A stretch of DNA of 37,477 bases. It comes from Chloroflexota bacterium. GTDB taxonomy: Bacteria > Chloroflexota > UBA11872. The notes under the pieces were generated by a model. It made no database searches. It worked only from the letters and a program-made list of their open reading frames with translations, and was not told the DNA's origin. Of the stretch, positions 1-10,940 are shown piece after piece (the stretch's first letter is position 1; each line of letters opens with the position of its first letter). The stretch covers positions 1 to 37,477 of the forward strand of contig DAOUKN010000314.1 of NCBI GenBank assembly GCA_034421255.1. The letters run 5' to 3'. The position numbers and the translations under genes were made by a program.

Positions 1-1
1 C

Positions 2-1138
<1,137 letters not shown>

Positions 1139-1161
1139 GCGGAGGTTGCGCTCTGCATCTC

Positions 1162-2163
1162 GTGGCTCCCCGAATCGCGCTCGATGCGATGGGCGGCGAC
1201 TACGCCCCGGCGGAGACCGTGCGCGGCGCCCTGGTCGCACAGCGCGAGGCCGGCGTCACGCCACTCCTGGTCGGCGACGAAGCCGCGCTCCGCGCGCAGT
1301 TGGACGCCGAGGGTGTCGAGGCGGCGCCCTGGCAGATCGTGCACGTCCCCGAGGCCGTGGCCATGGACGAGCACGCCGTAGAAGCGGTGCGCTCGCGGCG
1401 GCCCACGTCGATTCGAAAATCGGCCGAGATGCTGGGCGCGGACGAGGTCGATGCGGTGGTCACCATGGGCCACACCGGGGCGGCCGTGGCTGCCGGCGTT
1501 CTGATCGTAGGGCGCCTGCCCGACGTCGAGCGCCCGGGACTGGGCGTGCTGCTGCCGGCGCACGATCCGCGCCCGCTCCTGATTGACGTGGGCGCCAACG
1601 CCGAGGCGCGCGCCCGGCACCTGGTGCAGTTCGCCGTGATGGGGCGCGTCTATCAGGAGCGCCTCCAAGGCCTTGAAAATCCCCGCGTCGGGCTGCTGAG
1701 CATCGGCGAGGAGGAATCCAAGGGGAATTCGCTGGTGCACGAGGCGGCCGCCATGCTCGCGTCGGGCAGCGTCAACTACGTCGGGCACGTCGACCCGGCG
1801 CACATCTTTCACGATGAGGCCGACGTGATCGTGTGCGACGGGTTCACCGGCAACGTGGTGATCAAGACGGCGGAAGCCACGGCGGAGTATGCGTTCGGCG
1901 AGCTGCGAGCAGAGGTGGTCAAGCGCCCGCTGGCGAAGCTGGCGGCGCTGGGTCTGCGGCCCGCGTTCCGCGCGCTGCGGCGGCGGATCGACTATGCGGA
2001 GATCGGCGCGACGCCGCTGCTGGGCCTCAAGGGCCTGCTGCTGATCGGCCACGGCCGATCCAAGGCTCCGGCCGTGACGAACGCGCTGCTGGCGGCCGAC
2101 CGCGCGGTGCGCGCGAAACTGGTGCCGACCATCGCATCCGGACTGGAATCGGCGACAGCCTAG
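1162..2163 (+). CDS. plsX: Phosphate acyltransferase PlsX
   Basis: 333 aa with a GTG start. Contains IALDAMGGDYAP, MGHTGA, DGFTGNVVIKTAEA and LLIGHGRS, which are typical of PlsX. GGAGG lies upstream at 1141-1145. Confidence 0.9.
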   Translation: MAPRIALDAMGGDYAPAETVRGALVAQREAGVTPLLVGDEAALRAQLDAEGVEAAPWQIVHVPEAVAMDEHAVEAVRSRRPTSIRKSAEMLGADEVDAVVTMGHTGAAVAAGVLIVGRLPDVERPGLGVLLPAHDPRPLLIDVGANAEARARHLVQFAVMGRVYQERLQGLENPRVGLLSIGEEESKGNSLVHEAAAMLASGSVNYVGHVDPAHIFHDEADVIVCDGFTGNVVIKTAEATAEYAFGELRAEVVKRPLAKLAALGLRPAFRALRRRIDYAEIGATPLLGLKGLLLIGHGRSKAPAVTNALLAADRAVRAKLVPTIASGLESATA

Positions 2164-2187
2164 CGGCACTTGACGACCATTCGCTGA

Positions 2188-2228
2188 GGGTGTCGGTCGT
2201 GCGTGCGTCACGACCGGACGCGGCTGAA
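2188..2228 (+). repeat. 41-nt conserved leader motif, copy A (GGGTGTCGGTCGTGCGTGCGTCACGACCGGACGCGGCTGAA)
   Basis: 38/41 nt identical to copy B at 3637-3677, in the same orientation. Contains an internal hairpin CGGTCGT-N9-ACGACCG. Lies in the 535-nt non-coding leader before the exported-protein gene at 2700. Confidence 0.6.
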
Positions 2229-2699
2229 CCTCCGTGCCTCGCGATGTGCCGGGTTGCCACCCTCGTGGATGCAGCGTGGCGGCGGTGCACCAACGAGCTT
2301 GAGCGGCCTGGGCGGACCGGCGAGATCGACGCGCTTCCCGCTAAACAGTGACGCCGGTTGGGTGAGCGGACCGCATTGACCAGGACGGGGTGCCGACGCG
2401 ACCTTTCCGTGTTGCCGTGACGTGACCTTCACATTGACGACGACGTCCCGATCCTCTCGGAAAGCACGACGACTACGACGGATTTGCGGGCGCTCTCGTG
2501 GGCCGGAAGTTTGCGCGGGATGCGCCGGAATCACGCGACACGCCGACGTGACGACGTGAACGTCGATTCACTCGAGGCGGCCGAGGGTTCTGCTACTCTT
2601 CGCGTAGCATCGCGCAGCGTCATGGGGCGCCGGGAGGCGCCGATGCTCGGTAACGCCTGCGGCTGACTCTAGCCGCTGATCGAGCAGGAGCATGGCAGC

Positions 2700-3326
2700 A
2701 TGCGACGACGGATTCTCGCGCCCGTTCTGGCTTTGGTATTGGCCCTCACGACCGGGGGCGTGGTATTCGCCGTCAACTATTTCGGCGAAGACTTCTGCCG
2801 GGACACCAAGGCGTGGCCCGGCGGCTCCTACCTGGGCCAGAGGCACCCCTTCCACGTCGAAACCTATACGGCCCACGCCGGCGTCACCGGCCAAGACCCG
2901 TGTAACCTCTGGGCGCTCGACCAGCGATATTCCGCCGTCCGCGGGCTGCGGGAGCTTGGCTATACCGTCTTCGGACCCGGCGAGTTCGCTTGGCCGGAGT
3001 CCCCGCCGCTGATCAGCGTCGCCCCCGACGACCTCGTCTACCGAGAAATCTCCGGCTACGGCGCGAGCAGCGGCACACTGCACCTGCTGCGCGGGGTCCA
3101 TGCCATCAACTCGGAGTTTGGCGGGTGGCAAGCGGGTCCCATCCAGATTGTCATGCATCGGCCGGACGGCACGGCAGTGGTCGTGCATGACGGACCGAGG
3201 CATTACAGCGGCGCGTTGCGCATCGAGGTCGAGCGCGCCGGCAGCCACCATTTCAGCGTCCAGACCGAAGGACCGTGGCGCATGTGGACCGGCAAGCGGC
3301 CGGAGGTCATCAAAGTCCCCGCCTAA
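2700..3326 (+). CDS. Hypothetical exported protein (N-terminal signal peptide)
   Basis: 208 aa with an ATG start and GAGCAGGAG upstream. N-terminus MRRRILAPVLALVLALTTGGVVFA looks like a signal peptide. No recognisable catalytic motif. Confidence 0.7.
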   Translation: MRRRILAPVLALVLALTTGGVVFAVNYFGEDFCRDTKAWPGGSYLGQRHPFHVETYTAHAGVTGQDPCNLWALDQRYSAVRGLRELGYTVFGPGEFAWPESPPLISVAPDDLVYREISGYGASSGTLHLLRGVHAINSEFGGWQAGPIQIVMHRPDGTAVVVHDGPRHYSGALRIEVERAGSHHFSVQTEGPWRMWTGKRPEVIKVPA

Positions 3327-3636
3327 GTCGACGTCGGGGTCGAGATCGAAGTGCCGGCCGAACTGACGGTGGAATCTTGCAACGCCTTCTTCAACAGCTT
3401 GTAACAGCTAGTCAGACTCGCGCTGGGCCGGCCCCGCACGCCTGCTCGTCGCGGCTTTGGTGGGGGTGGTTTCGGTAGCTTCCAAAATGGGGCAACCAGC
3501 ACCGCGAAGCGGCTAGGACGCGCTGTCGCGACAGACAACTGAGCGGACGGAGACACGCAAATCATCCGGTCTCCGTAGGCGAATTCCGCATTCCACGGCA
3601 AAGGACCGGCAGGCGCGCTCGCCGGCCGTGCCCAGC

Positions 3637-3677
3637 GGGTGTCGGCCGTTCGTGCGTCACGACCGGAGGCGGCTGAA
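3637..3677 (+). repeat. 41-nt conserved leader motif, copy B (GGGTGTCGGCCGTTCGTGCGTCACGACCGGAGGCGGCTGAA)
   Basis: 38/41 identity to copy A. Lies about 160 nt upstream of the hydrolase start at 3835. Weaker similarity continues about 35 nt downstream (GATGTG..GG..TTGCC.AC). Confidence 0.6.
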
Positions 3678-3834
3678 TTGCCGCGCAGCTTGATGTGTGG
3701 CCTTGCCCACGGCAGCGGCGTCGACCGCATGCCACGATGAGGAGATCCATGAGCAGGATTGCCAGTCACGTTTACGCGGACTGGCGGAACCAATCGTCGT
3801 GAGGCCGCCGTTAAACTCGCGTGCAATCAGACCC

Positions 3835-4815
3835 ATGAAGCGCTCGGGAAACGACCAAATGCGGACATTCCGACTATCGCGACGCCGTCTGCTGGAGGGG
3901 GGCGGCGCGGCCCTGGCGGCCGGCGCCGCACAGGCATGCGACGCGTGGTCGGTGGTGGGCAATGCCGACGACCGCTATCCCGGTGGGTCGCCGTTCGCCA
4001 TCGAGGCGCTGCGGGCGAGGGACTATCGCGCCGGCGACATTCGCTTGCACCGCACGCTCAACCAGCGCTCCAGCTATACGACGTACGCCATGACGTACCG
4101 CTCGGACGGGCTGCTGGTCACAGGCGTGGCGACGATTCCCAAATCGGCCGGACCGCACCCGGTCGTGGTGCTCAATCATGGGTTCACGCTGCCGGTGCAG
4201 TACGAAAGCGGGGATGGCACGCGCGCCTTGGCCGCCGAGCTGTCTCCGCGAGGCTTCATCACGCTCGCCAGCGACTATCGGGGGCTCGGCGGTTCCGAGG
4301 ACGACTCGCGGCTGAACACCGGCGCACGGCTCGACTTCGCGATCGACGTGCTCAATCTCGTCGCCTCGATCCCCTCGCTGCCGGACGCCCAACACGAGCG
4401 GGTGGGCATGTGGGGCCATAGCCTGGGATGCGACCTGGCCCTGCGCGCCGCCGAGGTTGACGCGCGGGTGAAGCCCGTGGGCATGTGGGCGCCGCTGAGC
4501 GCCTGGGCCGAGGACCTCGTGGACTACTACCGGCTGCCGACGCTGTCGTCTTCGGAGAACCTCCGCTATCACCTGTCGCCGGGAAACTTCCTGAAGTACC
4601 TCGCTGGGCCGGTGGCCATTCATCAAGGCTCGGCCGATCTCGCAGTCAAGCCGAACTGGGCGTCGCGGCTTCACGCCGCCCTCGAAGAGGCGGGCGTGGA
4701 AAGCGAACTGACGATTCATCCCGGCGTGGGGCACTACCTGACCCGGAACGCGCGCTTGGCAGTCACCGCAACGGCGGACTTCTTCGAGCGCGAGTTCATG
4801 GGGCGCGGCGCATGA
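3835..4815 (+). CDS. Alpha/beta hydrolase (S9 / dienelactone-hydrolase-like) with Tat-type signal
   Basis: The ORF-track ORF is 3697-4815. I prefer the internal ATG at 3835 (or 3859), which gives MKRSGNDQMRTFRLSRRRLLEGGGAALAAGAAQA with a twin-arginine signal. Nucleophile elbow GHSLG, then GSADLAV and GVGHY as candidate Asp and His. Confidence 0.8.
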   Translation: MKRSGNDQMRTFRLSRRRLLEGGGAALAAGAAQACDAWSVVGNADDRYPGGSPFAIEALRARDYRAGDIRLHRTLNQRSSYTTYAMTYRSDGLLVTGVATIPKSAGPHPVVVLNHGFTLPVQYESGDGTRALAAELSPRGFITLASDYRGLGGSEDDSRLNTGARLDFAIDVLNLVASIPSLPDAQHERVGMWGHSLGCDLALRAAEVDARVKPVGMWAPLSAWAEDLVDYYRLPTLSSSENLRYHLSPGNFLKYLAGPVAIHQGSADLAVKPNWASRLHAALEEAGVESELTIHPGVGHYLTRNARLAVTATADFFEREFMGRGA

Positions 4816-5351
4816 CCACTCACCACGGCGATCACGGCGAGACGAGCCTCTTTGACGGGACGCGGGTGGGAAAGGTCGACGAGCGGATCAAGGCGCTGGG
4901 CTCGGTGGACGAACTCAACTCGTGGCTGGGATTCGCCGCGGCACAGCCGGATGTCGCCGACGTCGGCGACCGGCTGCGGTGGGTGCAGGAACGGCTGCTG
5001 GAGGTCGGCGCCGACCTGGCGAATCCGGGTGGCCGCGCCCGCAGCACCTCGCTCGCGCCCGGTTCGTTGCAAACGCTCGACGACTGGCTGGCCGAGTATC
5101 GAGATGCATTGCCGCCGCTGCGGCATTTCATCCTGCCCGGCGGGCACGCGCTGGCCGCCGCGCTGCAGGTGGCCCGCTCGGTGTGCCGCCGCGCCGAACG
5201 CGGCGTGTGGCGCGTGGTGACTGACCCCGCGCCGGAAGGCTCGCCGGTGTTTCTCAACCGGCTGTCCGACGTGCTCTTCGAAATGGCCCGCGCGGCCAAC
5301 GCCGCCTCGGGGACCGAGGATCCCCAGTGGCGCGGACGGGGCGACGTCTAA
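4812..5351 (+). CDS. pduO: PduO-type ATP:cob(I)alamin adenosyltransferase
   Basis: ATG at 4812 overlaps the upstream stop (ATGA). MTTHHGDHGETSLFDGTRVGKVDERIKALGSVDELNSWLGF and RHFILPGG are typical of the PduO/MMAB family. The longer 4485 ORF start is an Arg-rich artefact. Confidence 0.85.
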   Translation: MTTHHGDHGETSLFDGTRVGKVDERIKALGSVDELNSWLGFAAAQPDVADVGDRLRWVQERLLEVGADLANPGGRARSTSLAPGSLQTLDDWLAEYRDALPPLRHFILPGGHALAAALQVARSVCRRAERGVWRVVTDPAPEGSPVFLNRLSDVLFEMARAANAASGTEDPQWRGRGDV

Positions 5352-5612
5352 CTTGCCTGCCCAAACCTAAGTTCCCGCCTACACCTTCAAGCTTCCCGTT
5401 ACACGTCGTCAGTCGCTCGCGGTCCCGGGGCGAGCTTCGGCCCACACATCCCCACCGCGAAGCAGTGCCGGGTGATCGAATTCCCGATCCACTGCCGTCG
5501 CCCTGGCCGGATGCCCTGCTGACATTGCCGTCCAGCCACAGCTTTGCCGCGGGAAGGAAGGCCAACCGTTGTATGATCTCGGGTTATATGCGGATCAGGC
5601 GAGGATCGACCA

Positions 5613-6134
5613 GTGAATACGCAACTATTTGGCGAGCGGATCCCACCTCGGATTCGCAATATCTTTAGCTTTCCAAACCCGGTCAACGAAGTGGCTGCAA
5701 GGATCGTAGCCGGAATGGTAGTCATCCTATCCATTATTGTGTTGATAACCGGTCAGTGGTGGCTAATGTTCCTCATTGCATACGGCTTCTTGGCCAGAGT
5801 AGCCACCGGACCTACGCTTAGCCCGATGGGCCTGCTGGCGACCAGGGTGATCGCGCCGCGAATTGCTCAACCGCGGCTCGTTCCGGGGCCGCCCAAGCGC
5901 TTTGCTCAAACGGTGGGGCTCATCTTCTCGGTGACCGCACTGGTGTTGCACTTCGTCGCCGGATTGTCGGTGGCGGCTGGCGTCGTATTGGCGGTGCTGA
6001 CGACATTTGCCGCGCTTGAGTCATTTCTGGGTTTCTGCGCCGGGTGCTTTGTATTCAACTACATGATTCGCTGGGGGCTGGTGCCGAAGTCGGTCTGCGA
6101 GGAATGCCTCAAGTTTGACTCGACACGGACTTAG
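5613..6134 (+). CDS. DUF4395-like integral membrane protein
   Basis: 173 aa with a GTG start and four hydrophobic segments. The C-terminal ESFLGFCAGCFVFNYM and CEEC cysteine motifs resemble the DUF4395 family. Confidence 0.65.
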   Translation: MNTQLFGERIPPRIRNIFSFPNPVNEVAARIVAGMVVILSIIVLITGQWWLMFLIAYGFLARVATGPTLSPMGLLATRVIAPRIAQPRLVPGPPKRFAQTVGLIFSVTALVLHFVAGLSVAAGVVLAVLTTFAALESFLGFCAGCFVFNYMIRWGLVPKSVCEECLKFDSTRT

Positions 6135-6816
6135 GCCGCTTTTTGACCACCGACTCAGGCGAGCCGTATCACGCGAGCATTGGCGGGGCGCATCGCGGCT
6201 GGAGCGCCTGAATCGAGCCGCGCCGCCCGGATTGCAGAGCGTCCGTTCCGAACTCGAGCCCTCGTATGCCCGGTTTTCCGCTCGCGATTGCAATCCGCGC
6301 TCTCGCTTTCGCCTTCCAAGAGCCGACCGCACTCAGAAGAGCCTTGATCTCCTCGGCCACCAGGGACGCCGATGTGGCAATGGTCTCCCCGGTCCCCGTA
6401 TCCGCCCCCTGACCTTTTCGAGGGCGTAGCCCTTCCCCCACTCTGCGTTCAGGTCGCGGGCGGTGCACGTGGCCTCGTCCGCGGCGGCAGGCTGTCGCAC
6501 ATGCCGTGGGCGAATCTCCCACCGTTGGCCCCCTGGCTGTTGGCCTGCTCCGCTTTATCGTTGATCGTGGCGACAACCGTGAGTCTGCTTGCCGATCTTC
6601 CGAGGCGCCACCCTCGCACTCGGTAACAATCGTTCCGAGGGTGATCGCTGGTTGAGCGCGCCAGCGCCGGTGTGTACCATCGACGGGCCTCTTATTGAGA
6701 CGATATCGCAACACCATCCGAGTGCGGTTCTGGATGGACACGCCGAGCAAGCGAAGGGCTGTCGAATCCGTGGGCCATCCGGGCTGGTTTCGCCATCTCG
6801 AGGGAGGGGCGACCGA

Positions 6817-7125
6817 ATGTTGATCAACACATCACCACGCCGCCCGAACCTCGAACGGGCTCGACGTATCAAGAAGGCGTTGCGCGAAGCGCTGAGCCTT
6901 TCCGATGACGTGACGGTCACGGTCACCGAGTTGGCGTGTCTCGAAGAGGACTGCGCCCCCCTCGAAACCGTGATTGGTCTGCTTCGGCCCGATGCGCCAC
7001 AGCTTCAGCGCAAGCTACACAAACCGATGGACGACGTTGACGCAATGGACCTTGTCCAGGTCTGCGCGGCGTGGGGATTCGACGTAGAGATTCCGGTGCT
7101 CGCACGGCCGCTCCAGGAGGACTAG
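6817..7125 (+). CDS. Small hypothetical protein (102 aa), first gene of the COG0523 operon
   Basis: Internal ATG at 6817 preceded by GAGGGAGGGG (6799-6809). The stop abuts the ATG of the next gene (TAGATG). Contains a CLEEDC motif. No family recognised. Confidence 0.6.
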   Translation: MLINTSPRRPNLERARRIKKALREALSLSDDVTVTVTELACLEEDCAPLETVIGLLRPDAPQLQRKLHKPMDDVDAMDLVQVCAAWGFDVEIPVLARPLQED

Positions 7126-8508
7126 ATGGACACGCCTCGAAACATACCTGTGACGATCCTTACCGGCTTCCTTGGCTCCGGCAAGACGACCCTGCTCAAC
7201 CGGATCTTGCGGGAGGAGCACGGCAAACGCATCGCCGTGGTCGAAAACGAATTCGGGGAGGTCGGCATTGATCAAGCGCTCGTCATCAACGCTGACGAAG
7301 AGATCTTCGAGATGTCGAACGGCTGCATCTGCTGCACGGTGCGCGGCGACCTGATTCGCGTGCTCGGCAACCTCATGAAACGCCGAGACAAGTTCGACTA
7401 CGTGTTGGTGGAGACCACGGGGCTCGCCGATCCCGGTCCGGTCGCTCAGACCTTCTTCATGGACGACGAGATTCGCGCGGAGTACGCGCTGGACGGGATC
7501 GTCACGCTCGTCGATGCCGCCCACATCGAGCAGCAACTCGGCCGCAGTGACGAAAGCACGGAGCAGATCGCGTTCGCGGACGTCCTGGTGCTCAACAAGA
7601 CGGACCTCGTCCATGACGACGCGCTCGACGGGCTCGAGGCTCGGCTCCGCGACATGAACCGCATGGCGCGAGTCGTCCGCAGCGAGCGGGCGGAGGTCCC
7701 CGTCGATACGGTCCTGAACCTCGGCGCCTTCGATCTGGACGAGGTGCTCGGGCGTCGTCCCACGTTTCTCGAGCCGGAATACCCGTTCGAATGGACCGGC
7801 GTCTATTCGCTCGATGTCGGCCGCTACGAGCTCAGTCTGGATGATGGACCCGATCCGTCGATGTCGCTCGTCGTCGCACCCGACCAGGGCACGGATGACT
7901 TCGCACTTCGCGAAGGTGCGGAGTGGTGTGTGCGTCGGTACGCCGAACCTGCGGATCTCGTTCGCCCGGGGGACCAGATTCGTGTCGGCGAGCACCTGAA
8001 CCTCCAGCTGGACTCCCCAGGGCGCAAGCCGTTCTTCTTGGAGGTCGATACCCCGGTGCGGGTTGGCGTTTTCACCCAGCACACCGCGGAGGAGTTCGAT
8101 CTGCAACTGACGAAGGTGGATGGCGCGACCCCCACAGCGAACGGGGCCCCGCGCACCAAGGAAGCGGTTCCAGTCGAGGTCGAGCGAACCTGGGTCGCCC
8201 AGCATGAGCACGACGACGAAGTCGGATCGATCGCCATCGAGCTGGAGGGCGACGTCGATCCCGACAGGCTCAACCTGTGGCTGGGCCAGCTGCTCAGCGA
8301 ACGCGGGGTGGACATCTTCCGCATGAAGGGTTTCATCAGCCTCGCGGGAGAGTCGCGCCGCTTTGTCTTCCAGGGAGTTCACATGCTCTTCGATGGACAG
8401 CCGGATCGTCCCTGGGGGGACGCGCCCCGCCGCAATCAACTCGTATTCATCGGCCGCAATCTCGACGAGCCTTCCATGCGGCAGGGATTCGAGGCCTGTC
8501 TGACTTGA
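7126..8508 (+). CDS. COG0523-family metallochaperone GTPase (CobW/YjiA/ZigA-like), long form
   Basis: P-loop [16 protein letters not shown] metal motif [14 protein letters not shown] and LNKTDL. The CobW_C-like end reads [10 protein letters not shown]...RRFVFQGVH. About 130 extra residues sit between the GTPase and C-terminal domains. Confidence 0.9.
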   Translation: MDTPRNIPVTILTGFLGSGKTTLLNRILREEHGKRIAVVENEFGEVGIDQALVINADEEIFEMSNGCICCTVRGDLIRVLGNLMKRRDKFDYVLVETTGLADPGPVAQTFFMDDEIRAEYALDGIVTLVDAAHIEQQLGRSDESTEQIAFADVLVLNKTDLVHDDALDGLEARLRDMNRMARVVRSERAEVPVDTVLNLGAFDLDEVLGRRPTFLEPEYPFEWTGVYSLDVGRYELSLDDGPDPSMSLVVAPDQGTDDFALREGAEWCVRRYAEPADLVRPGDQIRVGEHLNLQLDSPGRKPFFLEVDTPVRVGVFTQHTAEEFDLQLTKVDGATPTANGAPRTKEAVPVEVERTWVAQHEHDDEVGSIAIELEGDVDPDRLNLWLGQLLSERGVDIFRMKGFISLAGESRRFVFQGVHMLFDGQPDRPWGDAPRRNQLVFIGRNLDEPSMRQGFEACLT

Positions 8509-9539
8509 GTGTCGACAGGCCGCAGGGTGTGCTTCGCCGGGGCTGGTCGGCGGAGGTCGGTGACTACGCCATCGCCGGGGGCTGGACCCGGCGCGGTGAG
8601 GCACTGGTGGTCGGGGATGCCGCGGGTGGCGTCTACGCATTCGACGGCACGTCTGGCGCGACCATTTGGACGCAGCGCGAAGTCCATGAAGGCGGGGTGC
8701 TCGCGGTGGCGATGCACCCAAACCGCCCCGAGTTCGCGACGGCCGGCCAGGACGGCCGAGTCTTGGTCTGGAGCGCCGCCGACGGTCGGGTCAGGGAGGC
8801 TTTCGACGTCGGAAACGGTTGGGTGGAGCACGTGGCGTGGTCGCCGGACGGCACGTGGTTGGCAGCCTCCTGCTCCCGGCAGGTTCACACGTATGGGCCG
8901 GATGGAGAGAAAACCTGGCAATCTGACGATCATCCCAGCACCGTCAGCGCGATCGCGTGGTCCAGCACCGGGGATCTGGCGACGGCCTGTTATGGGCGCG
9001 TGACGTTCTTCGACGCGTCCACCGGGGAGGTCCGCCAGCAGCTGGAGTGGATGGGCTCCCTGGTGTCGCTGGTCCTAAGCCCGGACGGGGATATCGTGGC
9101 CTGCGGCAGCCAGGACAACTCGGTGCACTTCTGGCGTCGATCCACGGAGCAGGACTCGATGATGTCGGGGTATCCGGCGAAGCCGTCGGCCCTGGCCTTC
9201 GATGACAGCGGCACCCTGTTGGCCACCGGCGGAGGCGAGGAAGTGACGGTCTGGAGCTTTCAGGGCAGTGGTCCCGAAGGCACGCGGCCCGGCGTTCTGG
9301 AGCTTCATGTTCAACCCATCACGACGCTTGCCTTCGCACCCGGTGTGACGCAGCTGGCCTCGGGGGCACGCGATGGCACCGTGGCTGTGTGGTCGCTGCA
9401 GAAAGATGCCAAAGGCCGCCCGATAGGGGCTGCGGTTGTGGCGGACGCAGTGGCCGACTTGTACTGGCGACCGGATGGACGCGCGCTTGCGGCGCTCGAC
9501 GCTCAGGGTGGCGTGACGGCCTGGCGGATCGGACGATAG
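8505..9539 (+). CDS. WD40 / beta-propeller repeat protein
   Basis: About seven repeats ending in VW/FW/AW dipeptides, for example [25 protein letters not shown] and [13 protein letters not shown]. The start is uncertain: TTG at 8505 overlaps the upstream stop, or GTG at 8529. The ORF-track start at 8277 lies inside the preceding gene. Confidence 0.85.
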   Translation: MSVDRPQGVLRRGWSAEVGDYAIAGGWTRRGEALVVGDAAGGVYAFDGTSGATIWTQREVHEGGVLAVAMHPNRPEFATAGQDGRVLVWSAADGRVREAFDVGNGWVEHVAWSPDGTWLAASCSRQVHTYGPDGEKTWQSDDHPSTVSAIAWSSTGDLATACYGRVTFFDASTGEVRQQLEWMGSLVSLVLSPDGDIVACGSQDNSVHFWRRSTEQDSMMSGYPAKPSALAFDDSGTLLATGGGEEVTVWSFQGSGPEGTRPGVLELHVQPITTLAFAPGVTQLASGARDGTVAVWSLQKDAKGRPIGAAVVADAVADLYWRPDGRALAALDAQGGVTAWRIGR

Positions 9540-9715
9540 AAGGTCCGAATCGTCCGCGTCCGCGGAAGTCTGCGCCGCAGTGCGGGCATCGGCAGGTCGC
9601 GCTCCAAAGCAGTGCATACAGTGTCCCACCACCGATCACGAACGCGAATTCAAGTAGCGCTGCAAGACGGGCCTGCCTGAACAGGCCGGCGCTGGTGATC
9701 GTTCGTCCGCGTCAG

Positions 9716-9907
9716 TCAATCCCCTAGTCGCCGGAGACGCGGGTCCAGCAGGTCTCGCAGGCCGTCACCCACGAGGCTAAACCCCAACACCGCAACAAAG
9801 ATGGCCGCTCCCGGAAGCAGCAGGAGATGCGGCCCGGTTTGCAGGTGCGGGCGGAATCTGCTTGAGAGAAGGGTAGGCCAAAGCGTACCGTACTGCGAAC
9901 TTTCCAC
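9716..9907 (-). pseudogene. C-terminal stub of a DppC/OppC-type ABC peptide permease
   Basis: 63-aa ORF whose end, LLLPGAAIFVAVLGFSLVGDGLRDLLDPRLR, is the canonical C-terminus of binding-protein-dependent peptide permeases. The remaining 200-plus aa of such a protein are absent and the frame is closed by a stop upstream. Confidence 0.7.
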
Positions 9908-9994
9908 TGGGAAGTTCTGATTTGAGGTGGAGCCCGTAGAGGGACACCCTGCCGGCTCCGTTGCCGTTCCGGGCGCGTGACGATCGGACTACCC

Positions 9995-10940
9995 TCAGGG
10001 CTCGCAGGTCGCCCCGTTCTTGTCCGGCACGCCGTCCAGCCACTCCTGGAACTCGTCGTTGGCCGGGGCGCACAGGCCCGTGTCGTCGAAGTGCAGGTAC
10101 TGCATCGCGCTGTTGATCAGGCCCTGCGGCAACTGTCCGCTCAGCCCCGTGCGGGAGACCGCCAGCCGCTTCAGGCCGGACATATTGCCGATCCCGGCGG
10201 GCAAAGGCCCGCTCAACCCGGAGTCTTCGTGCAGCGACAGGCGGTTGAGGCCGCTCAGGTTGTCCAGGCTCGTCGGCAGCGTCCCGCTCACATGATCCCG
10301 GGCTAAGCTGATGATGCCCAGGTTGGACAGGCCGCCCAGCTCCGACGGTATGGCCCCGGTGAGCTGGTTGCGGTTCATGGCCAGCCGGGTCAGGTTCGAC
10401 AGGTTGCCCAACTCGGCGGGTATCGCGGACCCACCGATGCTATTGCGGTCCAGCGACAGAACCTCCAGGTGCGCCATCTTGCCCAGTGCGGCGGGCAGGG
10501 AGCCGCTCAGGTTGTTGTCCCAGAGCGCCAGGTCGGTGACCTGTCCCTGTCCGTTGGTGGTCACGCCGTGACACTCGTGCAGTGGCTTGTCGCTCAGCCA
10601 GTTGGCGTTGCTGGACCAGCTGTCGCCGCCCGTGGCCTGGTAGAAGTCCCGGAGGACCTCCCGGTTGCCGTCGTCGTCGATTAAGCCGACGGATACGGAG
10701 GACGCCGTCACGCCATTGTAGTTGCCGCCGCTGATCAAGTGGGTGATGGTGGCCCGCTCGTTCGCTTGGTCGTCGTCCTCGCCGGCGCTGACGGGTACCG
10801 TCTGCGCCGTCAGCCAGTTGTCGGGTGTGAAGGTGAGGCTGGCCGGATGTCGCTCCTAGATCGTCTGCCCGGAGGCTGAGGTGGCTATCGCTCAACGTCA
10901 CGCTCCCGGCCGTGTCGTCACCGCTGACCAGGATTGTCAA
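9995..10940 (-). pseudogene. Leucine-rich-repeat surface protein, 5'-truncated and frameshifted
   Basis: The C-terminal 247 aa carry about seven 24-aa LRRs of the L..L..L.L..N.L.G.IP type. The upstream frame stays open without a start (ASLTFTPDNWLTAQTVPVSAGEDDDQANERATITH, a Calx-beta/cadherin-like repeat signature). The sequence continues in another frame (TILVSGDDTAGSVTLSDSHLSL) after a shift near 10850-10860. It ends at the GC break near 10.94 kb. Confidence 0.7.

Noticed and set aside
2188-2228. Assigning the duplicated 41-nt leader motif to a known riboswitch class. GGCTGAACC recalls TPP, and CGACCGG...GCGG recalls ZTP.
   Set aside because: The defining conserved blocks are absent: CUGAGA/ACCCUUUGAACCUGA for TPP and CCGCCUGGGC for ZTP. 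I kept it as an unclassified repeat.
3697-3834. N-terminal extensions given by the ORF track: the hydrolase from 3697, PduO from 4485, WD40 from 8277, MTase to 26943, primase to 32272, the 32068 gene to 32922, HTH to 34071, and TrbL-like from 34882.
   Set aside because: The extensions are low-complexity or overlap upstream genes. Internal starts have Shine-Dalgarno sequences or stop/start overlaps and begin at recognisable signal peptides or domain starts.
6135-6816. Possible cobalamin riboswitch or Zur box upstream of the COG0523 operon. The segment GAAGGGCTGTCGAATCCG...CGCCATC faintly resembles the B12-element core, and a CGATATCG palindrome lies near 6700.
   Set aside because: I could not find a B12 box (AGYCMGG.G.CCKGCC-like) or the expected distal helices. 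The palindrome is too short to call. An Infernal scan is needed. The 193-aa minus-strand ORF at 6169-6750 also lacks motifs.
7015-8721. 568-aa minus-strand ORF antisense to the COG0523 and WD40 genes. Similar long antisense or alternate-frame ORFs occur at 1135-2211 (-), 22725-25610 (+, 961 aa), 35636-37279 (-), 36094-37215 (+) and 30333-31355 (-).
   Set aside because: They are Arg/Pro/Gly/Ala-rich with no motifs. Each lies opposite or out of frame to a gene with clear family signatures. Long shadow ORFs of this kind are typical in about 70% GC DNA.
9319-9639. Minus-strand 106-aa ORF starting with a hydrophobic helix and CRCPHCG, downstream of the WD40 gene.
   Set aside because: Two-thirds of it overlaps the WD40 coding region in antisense, and the remainder is Arg/Pro-rich. 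There is no RBS. It is probably spurious, though the first approximately 35 codons (9540-9639) could be a remnant.
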